A stretch of 64,000 nucleotides of DNA from Octopus vulgaris (Eukaryota). A program made the position numbers and the translations under genes. Location of the stretch: the NCBI GenBank assembly GCA_951406725.2, contig OX597828.1, positions 32,612,001 through 32,676,000 of the forward strand, given 5' to 3'. A model generated the notes under the pieces. The model made no database searches, was not told the DNA's origin, and was given only the letters and a program-made list of their open reading frames with translations. This document shows positions 1-14,453 of the stretch, piece by piece. Position 1 is the stretch's first letter, and each line of letters starts with the position of its first letter.

Positions 1-85
1 CATATACACACTCACACACACATACACATTTATACATTATATATACATACATATGTATATATGTATATAAATATATATACATATA

Positions 86-149
<64 letters not shown>

Positions 150-150
150 C

Positions 151-235
<85 letters not shown>
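1..235. repeat. (CA)/(TA)n microsatellite
   Basis: Directly visible dinucleotide run; explains the IYIY ORFs at 37-297. Confidence 0.97.
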
Positions 236-237
<2 letters not shown>

Positions 238-875
238 AAACAGGGTTTGAAAATGCAGAGACCTTTTTAAAATGTTTATTGACTTGACTGGTTTCACTTA
301 AGCAAATAAAAAAAGATTTTCAAAAGTAAAAGAAATGGATTTGTGTAGCCTGTGTGGTGTTAAAAAACAGTAGATGTATCATAGATGTATTAAAATACAG
401 TGATTAAAGTCTTGTACAAGACTGGAAATGAAGTTAAATGGCTGCTCATTCCCCTGAAATTCTGTATAAATACAGTATAAATTCTGAATAAATATGATTT
501 GTGATGCAGTTTTGACTAAGCAATACACGCTTTCTCTTATCAAATACTGTCTACAAATTCTTTCTGTATATATACGTACATACAATCAGGATTTTTGATC
601 AGCCTATAATTATGAATTTATTTTACTACTTATTTTGAACACTTTTATGTAAATGGTTTAAACACAAAGGCCCCTCTTAACAATTTCTTGTCATAGATTC
701 TATTTCTTAACATTCTCTTATCATTGTCAAAGACTGTATCGCTCTATTTTAATACATCTGTAATAACAATTTTTTAACACTCCAAAGGCTACACACAAAG
801 CTTTACATTTTTCTTTTGAAATATTTTTTTTAAAGTGAACAGGTCAAGACTTCTGCATTTTCAAACCTTCTTCCC
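236..875. mobile_element. Non-autonomous TIR element (MITE-like, TA-flanked)
   Basis: Left end GGAAACAGGGTTTGAAAATGCAGA matches the reverse complement of the right end, GGGAAGAAGGTTTGAAAATGCAGA, at 21/24 positions. TA on both sides; no coding capacity. Confidence 0.7.
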
Positions 876-923
876 TATATATTTTCACTTATGCAGTACC
901 TTGCAATTTTATATATGTCTAAG

Positions 924-1014
<91 letters not shown>

Positions 1015-1072
1015 AAGCATTGATTATAGAAGAAACATTAAATCTATATATTTACATGAATTTAATGTTTGT

Positions 1073-1144
<72 letters not shown>

Positions 1145-2539
1145 TAGATAGATAGATAGATACAAGAGAAAAGGTAAGAAGAGATAAATGAATAGATAAA
1201 TATGCATGTGTGAATGTATGTGAGTAAATACAGACACATGTATGTGTGTGTGTACTTATCTATTTGTGTATGTATGCAAATGTGTATGTATGTGCCATTG
1301 TACAGTGATTTATGCATCGTTCTAGAATTGTGATCAGGAATCACATTTCCTGTTGCGGCTTCCTGTGTTGTACCTTCCGCAGTTCAAACTGGTTTTCAAA
1401 AATATCCACATTTCATTTGGTTTTATTACTTAATCTTATATTCAATCCGATTACCACCAACCTCTAAATTCAATAAAAATAAATAAATAAATAAACTCTT
1501 TCTTGAAAACAAAAAAGTATGAAAACCAATTAACTTTTTGAACAAATTTCTCATTCTAACAGGAAAACTTATTAACAAAGTATTTTCCTCGTTTTACAAA
1601 TTGAATTGATTTTATTTAAATAATTTCTTCTGTCAAATTATTTCTATAGTTCCAATGTATTTTTTAGCTTCTTCTAAAATCATCATTAATCTTGCATCCT
1701 TGAAATACCTAGTCCTGGAGATATGAGTTAATTTTCGAAAATGTCTTAGAAATTTTCACAGGGAAAAAAAAATCAATATTTTTCTTTCTCTTCTTGATAT
1801 TTTCCTCTACTCACATTTTCAATTTTTACGTAATTAGCGCTCTGCCGTAGTTTCATGACAAAAGTATACAAACAAATTTGAGGATCATGAATAAAAGACT
1901 TCTGTTTCTCTGAGACTTTATATGGCTTTGTTAATATTCGGGTTTTGATTAGCTGGCAACGAAACCATTAGAATCAACGACTCTTTGGCATCATGAAGAA
2001 GCTCAAAAAGAAGAAGGTTGTTTAAATTTCATCCCAGGAAATTAAAAATCACTGATGTCATAAATCCTATTGTAGAATATAAATTGCATTTATTGAGTTT
2101 CTTTATAATGTATATACATATAGAGATTGGTTCACAAGACTTTCCATTTGAGCTAAATATATTCCTGTTCTGAGAAATTATTCGAGTGATTTTCTTCTTC
2201 CAATTATTTCCCAAAAATTGGTCCAGACGTTTTATTAATCACAGCTTTACATGAATTCTTTTGCGTGATTATTGAATTTCAACATCTTACGGAGAAACAA
2301 AAGCTTTAGTCGAGACCTTTGATATGTATTGACACTAACCCGACATAATTTCATTCGTTCAAAATACACTTCCATATACAGTTAATTATTGCTTATTTAT
2401 TCTTTGCTTGTTTTCTGCTTCCACTTCACATTGCTTGATGTTTTCATCTTTCATTATATATACATACATATATACACACACATATGCATACATACGTATA
2501 TATATATATTTATATATGCATACACATGTATATATGTAT

Positions 2540-2557
2540 TTTAGTGTATATTTGTAT

Positions 2558-2589
<32 letters not shown>

Positions 2590-2600
2590 TTGCGTTTGTG

Positions 2601-2662
<62 letters not shown>
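2540..2662. repeat. (TG)n microsatellite
   Basis: Directly visible. Confidence 0.95.
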
Positions 2663-2665
<3 letters not shown>

Positions 2666-3907
2666 CTTTTTTCTTTCATTCAATCTCGAAATATCATAAA
2701 ATGAGAACCAAAATTGTTACGCTGCTAGACCTTTGTAATATTAAAACAGAATTAGTTATCAAAGCGAAAATCTATCGCTTATTCGCATTAAAGGTTTCTC
2801 GGTAATAGAGTGGTCTTACAATATCAAATATTGCGCTAAAAGCAGCACATAGATTAGTTATTTGGTTCTTACGTTTGATGTAATGTATCCTAAAAGTTTG
2901 AAAAGTTATCTCCCAACAAAGCCACTATTTGGCAAAAACTTCGAGCAATATTATTTGGCGAATAACGAATCAGATCACTTTTTATTTATTGAACTACAAT
3001 ACAGAAAATATCGGTTTCCTTCGATGTGCTACAACAATATAAAAATGGGTGTCCAAATGTAATTATTTAAAATATTCATCAATAAACGGTAATCATCCAT
3101 AAGTCATTATACATCATGCGGAAATGTTTCGCCTTTATAGCATTTCTGTACGCAGTAACTTATATGGAACAAAACGAGGTAGAATTTTTTTGATGGAAAG
3201 CTTCAATTGCAGTGCGGCTCGAATATTACGTATTGTGTCATCATAGCATTGGTACAGTAGTCCTGAACATTTGCGCGTTGTTTAAGAATATTCAAATTTA
3301 TAAATCTGTAATTCTATCGAAACCATAGGAATTAATACAATACGACAAATAAAAATCAAGTATGGGCGTCGTTCTTCGCCAGTTACATGGACGAGATATA
3401 AGCAGAAACAAAAAGCTGAAGTTTGATGATAAGATTTCGAAAAAATTGTAATTAACTTTGTCCTTTGATATTACAAAATAATCAGCAATCTATAAATAGT
3501 TACAAGTTCAGATTTGGTATTTAATTGGAATAATTGAATGAATTGATGAATTCATTATGCGATGAAATCATCAACAGATCGATTTACATAACAAATCTCG
3601 TGATACGTACATATACGCGTTATAGTGCACACACACACATATGTATATGAGGACAAAGCCTCTGTTAATCATTAGATGATTCAGTAGATTAGAAACTTCT
3701 CTGTATTTCTGTTGGTTTCTTTCAACGTCAAGTATCATTACTACAAAGGCTTCGGAAAAAGGGTTATATCAATCATCTGTAGCTGATTTAATTACACAGC
3801 ACCCACATATTTATCAATAAGTGCCTTTCGACCGGGTTTTCTCTCCAGCGACTAAAGAATTCAGTAAATATTCTACTGCATTTACTATCATCTATGGTAC
3901 TTTAAGT

Positions 3908-4277
<370 letters not shown>

Positions 4278-4329
4278 ATGTAATATGGTAAGTATATACA
4301 CACACACATATATATATACGTATATATGT

Positions 4330-4401
<72 letters not shown>

Positions 4402-4415
4402 GTATATACATATAT

Positions 4416-4556
4416 AGGCGAAGGAGTGACTGAGTGGTGAGTAGCTTGCTCCCCTGGTACATGGTTCCGGGTTCAGTCCCACTGTGTGGTAACTTGGGCT
4501 AGTGTCTTCTGCTATAGCCTCGGGCCTGCCAAAGCAAACTGAAAGAAGCCCGTCGC

Positions 4557-4611
<55 letters not shown>

Positions 4612-4730
4612 ACTATGTTTGAGCCTCTGACATCGCTTGACAACCGAGGTTGGTATGTTTACGTCCCCGTAACTTAGCGGCTCGGCAATAGAGGCCGATA
4701 GAATAAGTACTAGGCTTACAAAGAATACGT
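4416..4730 (+). mobile_element. tRNA-derived CORE-type SINE (octopus OR-like) with internal (TA)n(TG)n
   Basis: Head GGCGAAGGAGTGACTGAGTGG...GGTTCCGGGTTCAGTCCC and CORE-like TGGTAACTTGGGCTAGTGTCTT. Colinear with the copies at 26718 and 34651; lacks the 3' tail. Confidence 0.85.
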
Positions 4731-5717
4731 TATATAGACACTGTATACACATGAATTATATCACGAGTATCACATAGGCCATTCAGGCGCAAGTAACAGT
4801 TTGTTTCACTTTCTGGACTCCATGACTGATTTCATAAGGAAAATAACGTTTATTCAGTTATTGTTTCATTTCGTTCTTACTTTTTCGCCCACACATATTC
4901 TTACTCACACTTGTTTTGACGCGTTTGTGACAAAAAGGAATATTTATTAACTGTCAGACTATCATAACCGTTGTGTTGAGGATGCACCAGTCAGAAAAGG
5001 AATATTATTCGCTATTTCTACTCACCCGATAATTTGCAGCATATCTCAGAAATAATGCGTAAAAATTCAAACATTGAAAACGTTTAAATGAGGAACCCTT
5101 CACGGGAAACTCATTTTCTGTTACAAAGGATTGCTGTTTTGTAATATCCTACTACCACTCTTTCCTAATTAGATTATCTAGCTTAAGAATGAGCTAATTT
5201 TACCTCATGTGTTACAGATAAATCTGTAAGTTAGAAAGCGTCCAAAAGAACAGCGCTCTTGAATGTACTGTTATGTAAATACACAATTCTATGTGTACAT
5301 GTGTGTATATATATATGTGTGTGTGTGTGTGTAATGAGCATGTGAACTGTGTAAACTATTAAAGATGATGACCTAAACGAAGATGACTTATGAAACAGCT
5401 TCAACCATACGGAATTCCATCATTCTCTTGGATTTCAATGATTATAGATGCTTGTGTTTGTATGTGTCTGTGTGTGTCTGTGTATCTGTGTGTGTGTCTC
5501 TGTGTGCGCGTGTGTTTGCGTGTGTGTATGTAACAGATAGGTGCAAATAACACATTCTCCTATTTTATTCACGTGGATATTTTACAAGCGGCTGTCTTGA
5601 ATAGGTTACGATCTAGTGGAGCCCATAATTCTCCAGATCGAACAGCAAATGATATCTTTTAGGCAGAAAATCGAAGCCAAGGAAACAGTAGTGCGACAGC
5701 TTTCAGTTCAGTACAGG

Positions 5718-6219
5718 TTTTATCTTATATTTGGGGACCAGGAAAGGATGAAGGGCGAAATTCATCTCTGGGTGGTTTGAACTCACTGACCACACAGACA
5801 GAACGGTAAACGAAAAAGCAATCTAACCGACGTTTTCAACGATTCAAGTAACCAACCGGCCACTTTTTTGTAGCAGTATACATTTTGGAAATACTTATAT
5901 AATTCTCAAATATGTATCGTATCTTTCTCCATAACATCACAATTGTGATGTAAATATAGAAAAATCGTTTTATTTTATATTTGTGGACCACGAAAGGATA
6001 AAAGGCGAAATTGTTCTCTGGGTGGTTTGAACTCACTGACCACACAGACAGAACGGTAAACGAAAAAGCAATCTAACCGACGTTTTCAACGATTCAAGTA
6101 ACCAACCGGCCACTTTTTTGTAGCAGTATACATTTTGGAAATACTTATATAATTCTCAAATATGTATCGTATCTTTCTCCATAACATCACAATTGTGATG
6201 TAAATATAGAAAAATCGTT
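5718..6219. repeat. 250-bp tandem duplication containing a decayed SINE (minus strand)
   Basis: 5765-5969 is identical by eye to 6015-6219; the preceding ~47 bp of each unit is diverged. Confidence 0.9.
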
Positions 6220-8636
6220 ACCACTCTTTCTTACTTCTTACGGCATAATGCCAATGTAAAGAATAGAAAACATGAAATCCTCTCTTAGATAAGAGCTAGG
6301 AATAATGCAGAATGATACGTAACATCAACGTGATTAATGGGAAAGTTATTTACCAGTTTAGATTAGAAAGGTTTTCGTGATTTGTAGCTTTGTAACAGCG
6401 TATTAGATAACCCATCCAGTCTTTGGAACACCAGTGAATACATCTTCACTGATTCACTCTGGGTCTATCAGCCTGAGAAAATACAGAACCCCGCAGACTG
6501 TTATTCATTCTCACGTTTGATCTGCGTAGTGACATACTCGTATTAGTCAACGGTTTCAGATATCCTATAATGACTGTACTGATACACACCTTCATATCGA
6601 TTTCTAAAATACACACAAAGGTTCACAGATGGGGTGACAGTATAATTGATTAAGAACAGCTCATCCTTTTCTGTGTTGTAGTTCTATTTTCGATCAGGGA
6701 AAGAAAAGAGGCACAGTTGATATAGGTTGAACTCGAATCAGGATATTAAAAAAGGCGTAACTAAGTATAGCAATTCTTCAAATTCGCCTTCCATATTGAA
6801 ATAAGTTGACAGCGAAGAGGAATCGGCTAGAGAGAAAGGTCTGCGTGCGCGTGTGTATGTCGGTCTGTTTTTATCTGTGCAAATATATCTGAGAATGAGT
6901 CAGTATATTCGAGTGTATGCCGATATTTGTGTGTGTGTGTGTGTCTGCGTACGTATTGTGTGTGTGGTGTGTGTGCCTGTGTTATTGAAAGATATAGTGG
7001 CTATTACACATGAAGAACTATGTAACCGTGGTATATCTCTCAAACACAAGATAAAATCTGTAAACGCAGACTTCTAAAATTACAATGCTTTCATATCACC
7101 GGTGATACAAAAAGTTTAGTATTGCACATATTTCAGCATTCCACAGAATTTAATGAATATATACGGACTTTTCTCAATATTCCAATGTCAAATACTTGAT
7201 TTAATAACAATATTTGACGATTGGTTCTAGAAAATAACTATTTTTTTATCAAACACGTTACAAAGAAAAGGTAAAAGCAAGGCATGAACATCTGCTGGGA
7301 ATATATTTCAATAAACATATGGATTTCAATGAAGAGATAAGGGAGAAATTCGTTTTTTAGCAATGGCTTAAGGTATTAATTGAAATAGATATGAACGATG
7401 CATGGCATAAACCATTATAGCACCAATCTGAAAGAAAACAAGCTCATCTTCTTTTGCTAACTAAACTTGAAACACCGCTCTCTCCGTTGTAGAGTGGCAG
7501 GTGAAGTATTTCAATACTCACTACAAGCACTGATGTTTATTGCAATCTCAAGGTTTTGCATATAACGTATAAAGGAGTCGTGTCTATATTTATTGAGTTT
7601 AACATTGGAAGGGTAATTAATTTATCAATCCTGGATGAAATGATGTTCAACTGGACACTGGCAGAGGTCATAATAGCATTGGACATATAATGCAAATAGC
7701 ATTTTCCAGAAGAGTTAGATGCACTTAGATGTATTCGTCGCGAATGATACAAATGGAAATTGGCATATTACGGATTCAATAATTAATTGTTCTTTTAATT
7801 AATATTTCTTGTATAATTCAGATTTTTTACTTCTTTTTCAAGTCCCCAAAAAAAGAAAAACGTGAAGAAATGAGAGGAAAGAAAAGAAAATAAAAGCAAG
7901 AAAAGAAAAAAGGAAAACGAAAGAAAAGAAAGAACATGTGGAATCGGTGATTATTATCTGTGTAACTGGAATGGTGTTGAAAGAATAACGAATATTTTTA
8001 GCACATTTTAATAGAAAATAATAAATAATATAAATGACAGCAGTTGCGACAAGAACTCTTGCGCTGTGAATCGCATTCTTTTAATTAGAAAAGTATGTCA
8101 AGGTGTTACAGGATGGCAGGCTATGTTCATTGCAATTTATCAATGACATTTATTTTCTTCAATGCAGATGTGTGAATGGCAAATTTGACACTGCCAAGAT
8201 TTGAGCGATTAAAGCATGTGTCAAAGCTAAATCCTGGAATCGGTGGCAAACATAATAAGGATTAGAATTTAAAATGATTCATGTTATCTTAACTTAAGAA
8301 CTAAAGTATCATTTCAGTGTAGCACACAATGTAATGTAGAACTGGATTCCGTTCTCCCAGCAGGATTGTCACACTGAACATTTCAAGTACACTGTGTAAA
8401 TAGCAAAATAAAGAGTTATAAATAGAAAATGTTTTAATTGAATCTGATATTCGTTGCTTTCGGAATAATTCCAAAGAAGCAAAGGATTCAGTGTCATCTT
8501 CCTTTTACACACATTTCTGAACAAAGGCACGTGATTACACGCTGCGTGGCAGATTACGCTAGAATAGCAGAGTTACCGAACATCAGCTATTTACATATAC
8601 GTTTGGCTCACGATCACATACAAGCAATGGTGATAA

Positions 8637-8682
<46 letters not shown>

Positions 8683-10013
8683 TGTTAACATTCGCTCCGA
8701 CACATCTCTCGTTGTGAATAAAATAAACTGACAGAAGCAATGAAACCAGTGCACAATGGGATTAGGCTTTATTCTGACATATTACATGGACTTCCACCTT
8801 TTACACTTGTATGCTAATTCCCAAAAGAAAATGTACGCTCGCTATTAGATGTTATATAATTATCGTCTTACATTTTGTTTTTACTTCAAACATCGAATTA
8901 TTGTTCCAACAGTGGTAATGACTCGAGAGGCCATAACGAGAGATAGAGAGAGGTTGGGTAAGCTAAATTGCACGATTGCAAAAAAATAAAAGGACATAAA
9001 AGGAGAGATCTAATACGAGACATACACAATAGAGTTTATTGGGGAATAGGGAAGAGAACATAGAGATAATATAAAAAGAATAATTTAAGAGTAATAATAA
9101 TGTCTCGGTTATTAAGCCCCTGTAATTGATTTTAAAAATTCACAGCGGTTTCGTCATTTCGCTTATATTTGTCACACCAAACAATACATCGTACATCAAA
9201 AATTTCATATATCATAATAATGCCAACTCAGCAGTTGGCTAGTTTCTATCTTAAACAAAAAAGGTTTGTACAGGAATTCAACAAATACGCTTCATGCCTT
9301 ATGTAGATTAGATGAAAATTTCCGATAAGATATGCTATACAGTTCGAAATAACAAGTATTACTTATTTTGCGATAATAGTTTAAATAAAGAGAATGAAAG
9401 AATTAGCCAAGTACGACAACCGTCTTAAAAGGGGCACGGGGTGTGAATTTTGCAACATATGAATGTCTCGTAGCTATCTGATACTATATTTCATAAGGTT
9501 TGCGTGAACTTTCAGTTGAATATCATCTACCGCATTGAACAACAGAGAGAGACAGGTATTTTCAGATTTAAACAAAAAAGTGGAATTTGTAAAAGCCTCT
9601 GACGAGCGCTATGACGAGTCTCGGATTACCTTCGTAAGACAGAGAGCAGTATGGTTACATTTTGCTAGCTGCATACTTCAACTTATGGTATGACTACATA
9701 GGATTCAGATCAGATTAACTGCTACCTCGTTCCAGTGAGGAGAAGCCGGCACACACATATTTAGCCGAGATAATGTAATAAAAACTCAAAGCGTTAAAGG
9801 CAGGGAAGGGAAAAGTAGAGGAAAAGAAAAAGTCAAAAGACCCAAATAGTTGACGTCTGTAAGATATGTGTATGTACACACACACACATATACGCTCTTG
9901 CGCACACAAAAAGCAGACGGCTCAGGCGTACACATACACGGGATAGCCGTATATAAGTATGCATGGAAATATATAACAAATATACATGTATTTATCTATC
10001 TATCTAGTTAGCT

Positions 10014-10132
<119 letters not shown>

Positions 10133-10226
10133 TGTATATATCTATATATAATCTAACAATGATAATAAAGCTAAACTGAAGCTCAATTATATAGTGCGTG
10201 TTAAAAGATGACCACACCAGATGAGT

Positions 10227-10262
10227 CTTTTACGTTTCGAGCCTATGCTCTTCATCAGAAAG
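10227..10262 (-). ncRNA. Minimal type I hammerhead ribozyme motif
   Basis: Minus strand reads CTTT-CTGATGA-A-GAGC(ATAG)GCTC-GAAA-CG-TA-AAAG: intact core, stem I CTTT/AAAG, 4-bp stem II, palindromic ACGT stem III. Confidence 0.75.
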
Positions 10263-10829
10263 GAACATAGAAATAAGCTGAGAGAGAAAAAGGACAGGAT
10301 GAAACTGATAACTAACGATATATATAATTAGTTATATACGCCCAATCATAAAGATAAATATGTACATACTCGTTACATAAGCATAAACTTACAAAAAAAA
10401 GATGCACATACTTTATGTTCATGTTTATACGTAAAACTTTACAAATGAGTGCATCAATACAATGCTAATATAATTGTAGAATACGGAGAATATACGTAAA
10501 CACGACAAACGTAAATACGGGCATTCATACAGTAGAAAGTAATTACATGTTATAGCAGACAGAAGAAGCCAGAATGCATACAAAGCTGAAATGAGACAGG
10601 TGAACTAATGTTATAAGTATAGTTATACAAATGCATATATAAATATACACGAAATAAAAGAAAATGAAGAAAGCATTAATCTACACGAAGATGTGAATTC
10701 ACATGTCATTTTCGATGAAGAAAGAAGAAATATGAAAATATGTAAGTAGAAGATAAAGCGAAACAGGAAACAATAATCAGAAGTAGTTATGAATAGAATG
10801 TGAAACAATGATCAAGGTAGCTTCATAGA

Positions 10830-11370
10830 GGAGTACAGGGAATCTGTGTGAATAATAGCAGGATGAGAGTATTTAGAAAGTAACTGATGTAAACCATTGA
10901 CGAACGAAACATCTGGGAACAATAATAATCTTAGCGAGATCCCCATATCACCATATAGTACGAATCTGAAAAACTAGTGTAGTATCTGGGAGATATATTG
11001 GGAAGAGGTGCGTTACTTTGATAAGAGTATGTTTTACGGATATATGCGAGACTATCAGTTGGGATTTAAAGATTGATGTTATTCTTTTCTGAGTCAATTA
11101 ACTGAGAAGATTCAAGCATACATGTTAAGAAAGTTCAGGGAAAGGTTAAAATGCGTTACTTGTATGCGAAGATTGGCTAATAGCTGATGTTAAAATTTGT
11201 ATGGATTACACTTTGGGCCTTTAGCCGTAGAGTGGTTACTTGGATAATCATCTGAAATGCAGAAATATTTAAATATAATCGTATACGCATCTTCACAAGT
11301 ATACGGTTGCGTAAGGGTTTATGTGAAAAGATATATTAGTCCAAATACGCACAGGACCACCCTCGTACCT
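10830..11370 (-). mobile_element. Highly decayed Penelope-like element 3' region
   Basis: Faint minus-strand remnants (HFR*LSK*P, PIFAYK, frameshifted YIG-like stretch) upstream of the hammerhead on the same strand. Confidence 0.35.
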
Positions 11371-12955
11371 CACTGAAGCATTTCATTTGTGCAAAATAAT
11401 AAACATTCTTCAGTTAAAATTTCGTCACTTCCGCCTATGTTGCTATATCGCCTGATAAAATGGAGGTATGAATGACGACTTCGCATAATATCCATGGATA
11501 TTACAAACGACATTGTAATTATCGCATCGATGAAGATTACAGTAACAAAAAACGTCGGCATTGTGGAAACGTGCGTAGCGAAGCATTAAATTATTTACGA
11601 AATTCCATCCTTGGATTTTCATTATTATTACACTGTGTGTGTGTGTGCATGTCTGTGTGTGTGCGTGCGCGCGCACACGTGTGTGTATTCACTCGAAATT
11701 TCATTTGTACAACTCATGTTTTCCTTTGAATGACTGCTGAATGTAAATATGTTATATTGATATCCAAAAGAAAAAGATGAATCAGATTGTGTATTTTATA
11801 AATATCCCATTTATTAATTAGCACATGACACTTAACATTGATGTGCTGTTCTGAAGCTGCAAATCGTAGTATTCGTTCTGAGAAATCCTCTGGCATCTGC
11901 TAAAAAGTATAGATTATATCGGCAGGCGTTATTTCATCAACACTGGTGGATAGTACTGTTGAATTGCTAAGTTTCAGTTAATTTGCCCTTCCTCAGAAAT
12001 AGGCAGCGCATCACCGAATAACAGGCCGAAATTCCGTCAAATCAATATAGATTAACACTGACAAAACTGTCAATGAAGTAATAAAAAAAGGGGAGGGGTG
12101 TATAAATCAGATATTCGCAAGGAAAGCATACTTTGTAACTAATATTCCGTCGCTAATCTCTAATTTATACACTTTACCGTAGGCTTAACCTTGCTGTTAA
12201 AATCTTTCATATACTGTTCCTATAATATCACATGGAGATTTATTGAGATCCCATGGGAGAGTTTACTATGAATTATAATTTTGTGAGTAGGGTTCCTTCT
12301 TAAGTGATATATTTTAAGAAAATTATATATCCAAGTTCGATTAAATATACGCAGAAAGTGATGAGAGAGACAAAATTAGGGATGCATGTGTAACGTAGAT
12401 TTTTTCATGTCGTTGATTTGCACGTGTGTGCGTGTGTGCTTAAAGGTTAGAGAGCGTATGCGAGTTCGTGACTTTTACCTGATTTCCACATGTGTGTTGT
12501 GCTTGTGTGCGTGTGTGTGCGTGTACATGTATAAAAGTATATATATTATATACTTATTATATACTTATATATATATATGTATATAAATAGAAATATATAT
12601 ACACATATATTTATATATGTATATACCTATATACATTTATATTTATATACACATAAAGTGTGTGGGGGTGTTTGCGTGTGTATGTGTGTGTGTGTCTGTA
12701 AGTATAAGTATATGTATATACGTAAATGGGAACGGTTTTATGCGTTCTTTAAAATGATTTATTTTAGAATCATGTCATTTCATTTTCTTTTTAACTATTT
12801 TTCCCCAAAGCATTTTGTATTTGTAAAAATAGTAGATGTAATATGATTCACTATTTCTGTTATGCTTATCAGGCAACGGAGGTTCAAAAGAAGAATTAAT
12901 TTTTTTTTGGTTCACAGATATTTAAATATCAATATGTGTATGTATTTTTATTTGA

Positions 12956-13165
<210 letters not shown>

Positions 13166-13559
13166 ATGCATGTATATACGTATGTATGTATGTGCGTATG
13201 TTTATATGTGTGTACGTATGTATATATGTGTGTAAGTATGTATATATGTATGTATCTATGCTTGTGTGCGTATCATTTATCCTTCACTGAATGGATTAAT
13301 TATTTGAACAAAAACGAAATCTCACACACACGCACACACACACATACACATGTATATTTACATATATGTAATCACGCATACACTTTCATATAAAATTTTT
13401 TGACGTTTTTTAATTCATAGTTCTATATTTTGCATCACACAAGATTTCCGTACATTTTTAGATACGTTTTCTTCACGCATATCCAGAATATATATGCATG
13501 TATGTATACATGTATCTATGTATCTATATATATATATATAAATATATATATATGTATGT

Positions 13560-13593
<34 letters not shown>

Positions 13594-14293
13594 CTGTGTC
13601 TGTGTGTGTATCTGTGTGTGTGTATGTGTGTGTGCGTAGTCATGTAAAATTTAGTTGATGTAAATATTTGTTCATGTGAACCCAAAATAAAACTTCTATG
13701 TGCATTGCATGGGTATATAAATATCAGTACACACACACATATATCTCTGTGTGTGCGCGCGTATATAGGTGTGTATAAAAATTAAGATAAACAGCTAAGT
13801 GCAATATAATAACATAAAAATGTGACTGAGGTCACCGAAGCACCTATATTGCTAGAAGTAAGATTTGAAATATCATAAAGCTGTAAGAGCACAATACCTC
13901 TACAGTAACAGGGGGATAAACGTCTCCTGACTCTACCTATAATCATTAGAATACACTTGATTCGCCAATCTCGTAAGCATTATCAGAAGTAACTACTCAA
14001 ACTGTCGATAGTTTGGCTAAATCCATCTGCCAGTATGTATAATCAGTATATGGCTGATTTAGCGAAATGCTAATGGGTATATTAAAAATTAATATAAACA
14101 GCTAAGCGTAAAACAAAACCATGAAGAATGTCTTATCGCCACTAAATGCGAGTGAGTGTGCTGAAGCATCTGTATCTACAGAAATAAAAGTTAACTTTTA
14201 ATGCTGTGAAAACAATACATGCACGTATACGCTGACAGGGGAGATAATCACCCCTACGGAATCACCCCTACGGAATAGGCGAAACTATTTCAG

Positions 14294-14369
14294 TGTAGTT
14301 AATCTTGAGAAAGTCAGTGTATATATATTTATATATATATATACACTGACTTTCTCAAGATTAACTACA
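14294..14369. repeat. Near-perfect 76-bp palindrome centred on (TA)n
   Basis: TGTAGTTAATCTTGAGAAAGTCAGTGT-(TA-rich centre)-ACACTGACTTTCTCAAGATTAACTACA; the arms are exact reverse complements. Confidence 0.95.
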
Positions 14370-14411
14370 TATATATATATATAGCTATTCTAGAAAAAGT
14401 CATTGTGTGCT

Positions 14412-14450
<39 letters not shown>

Positions 14451-14453
<3 letters not shown>

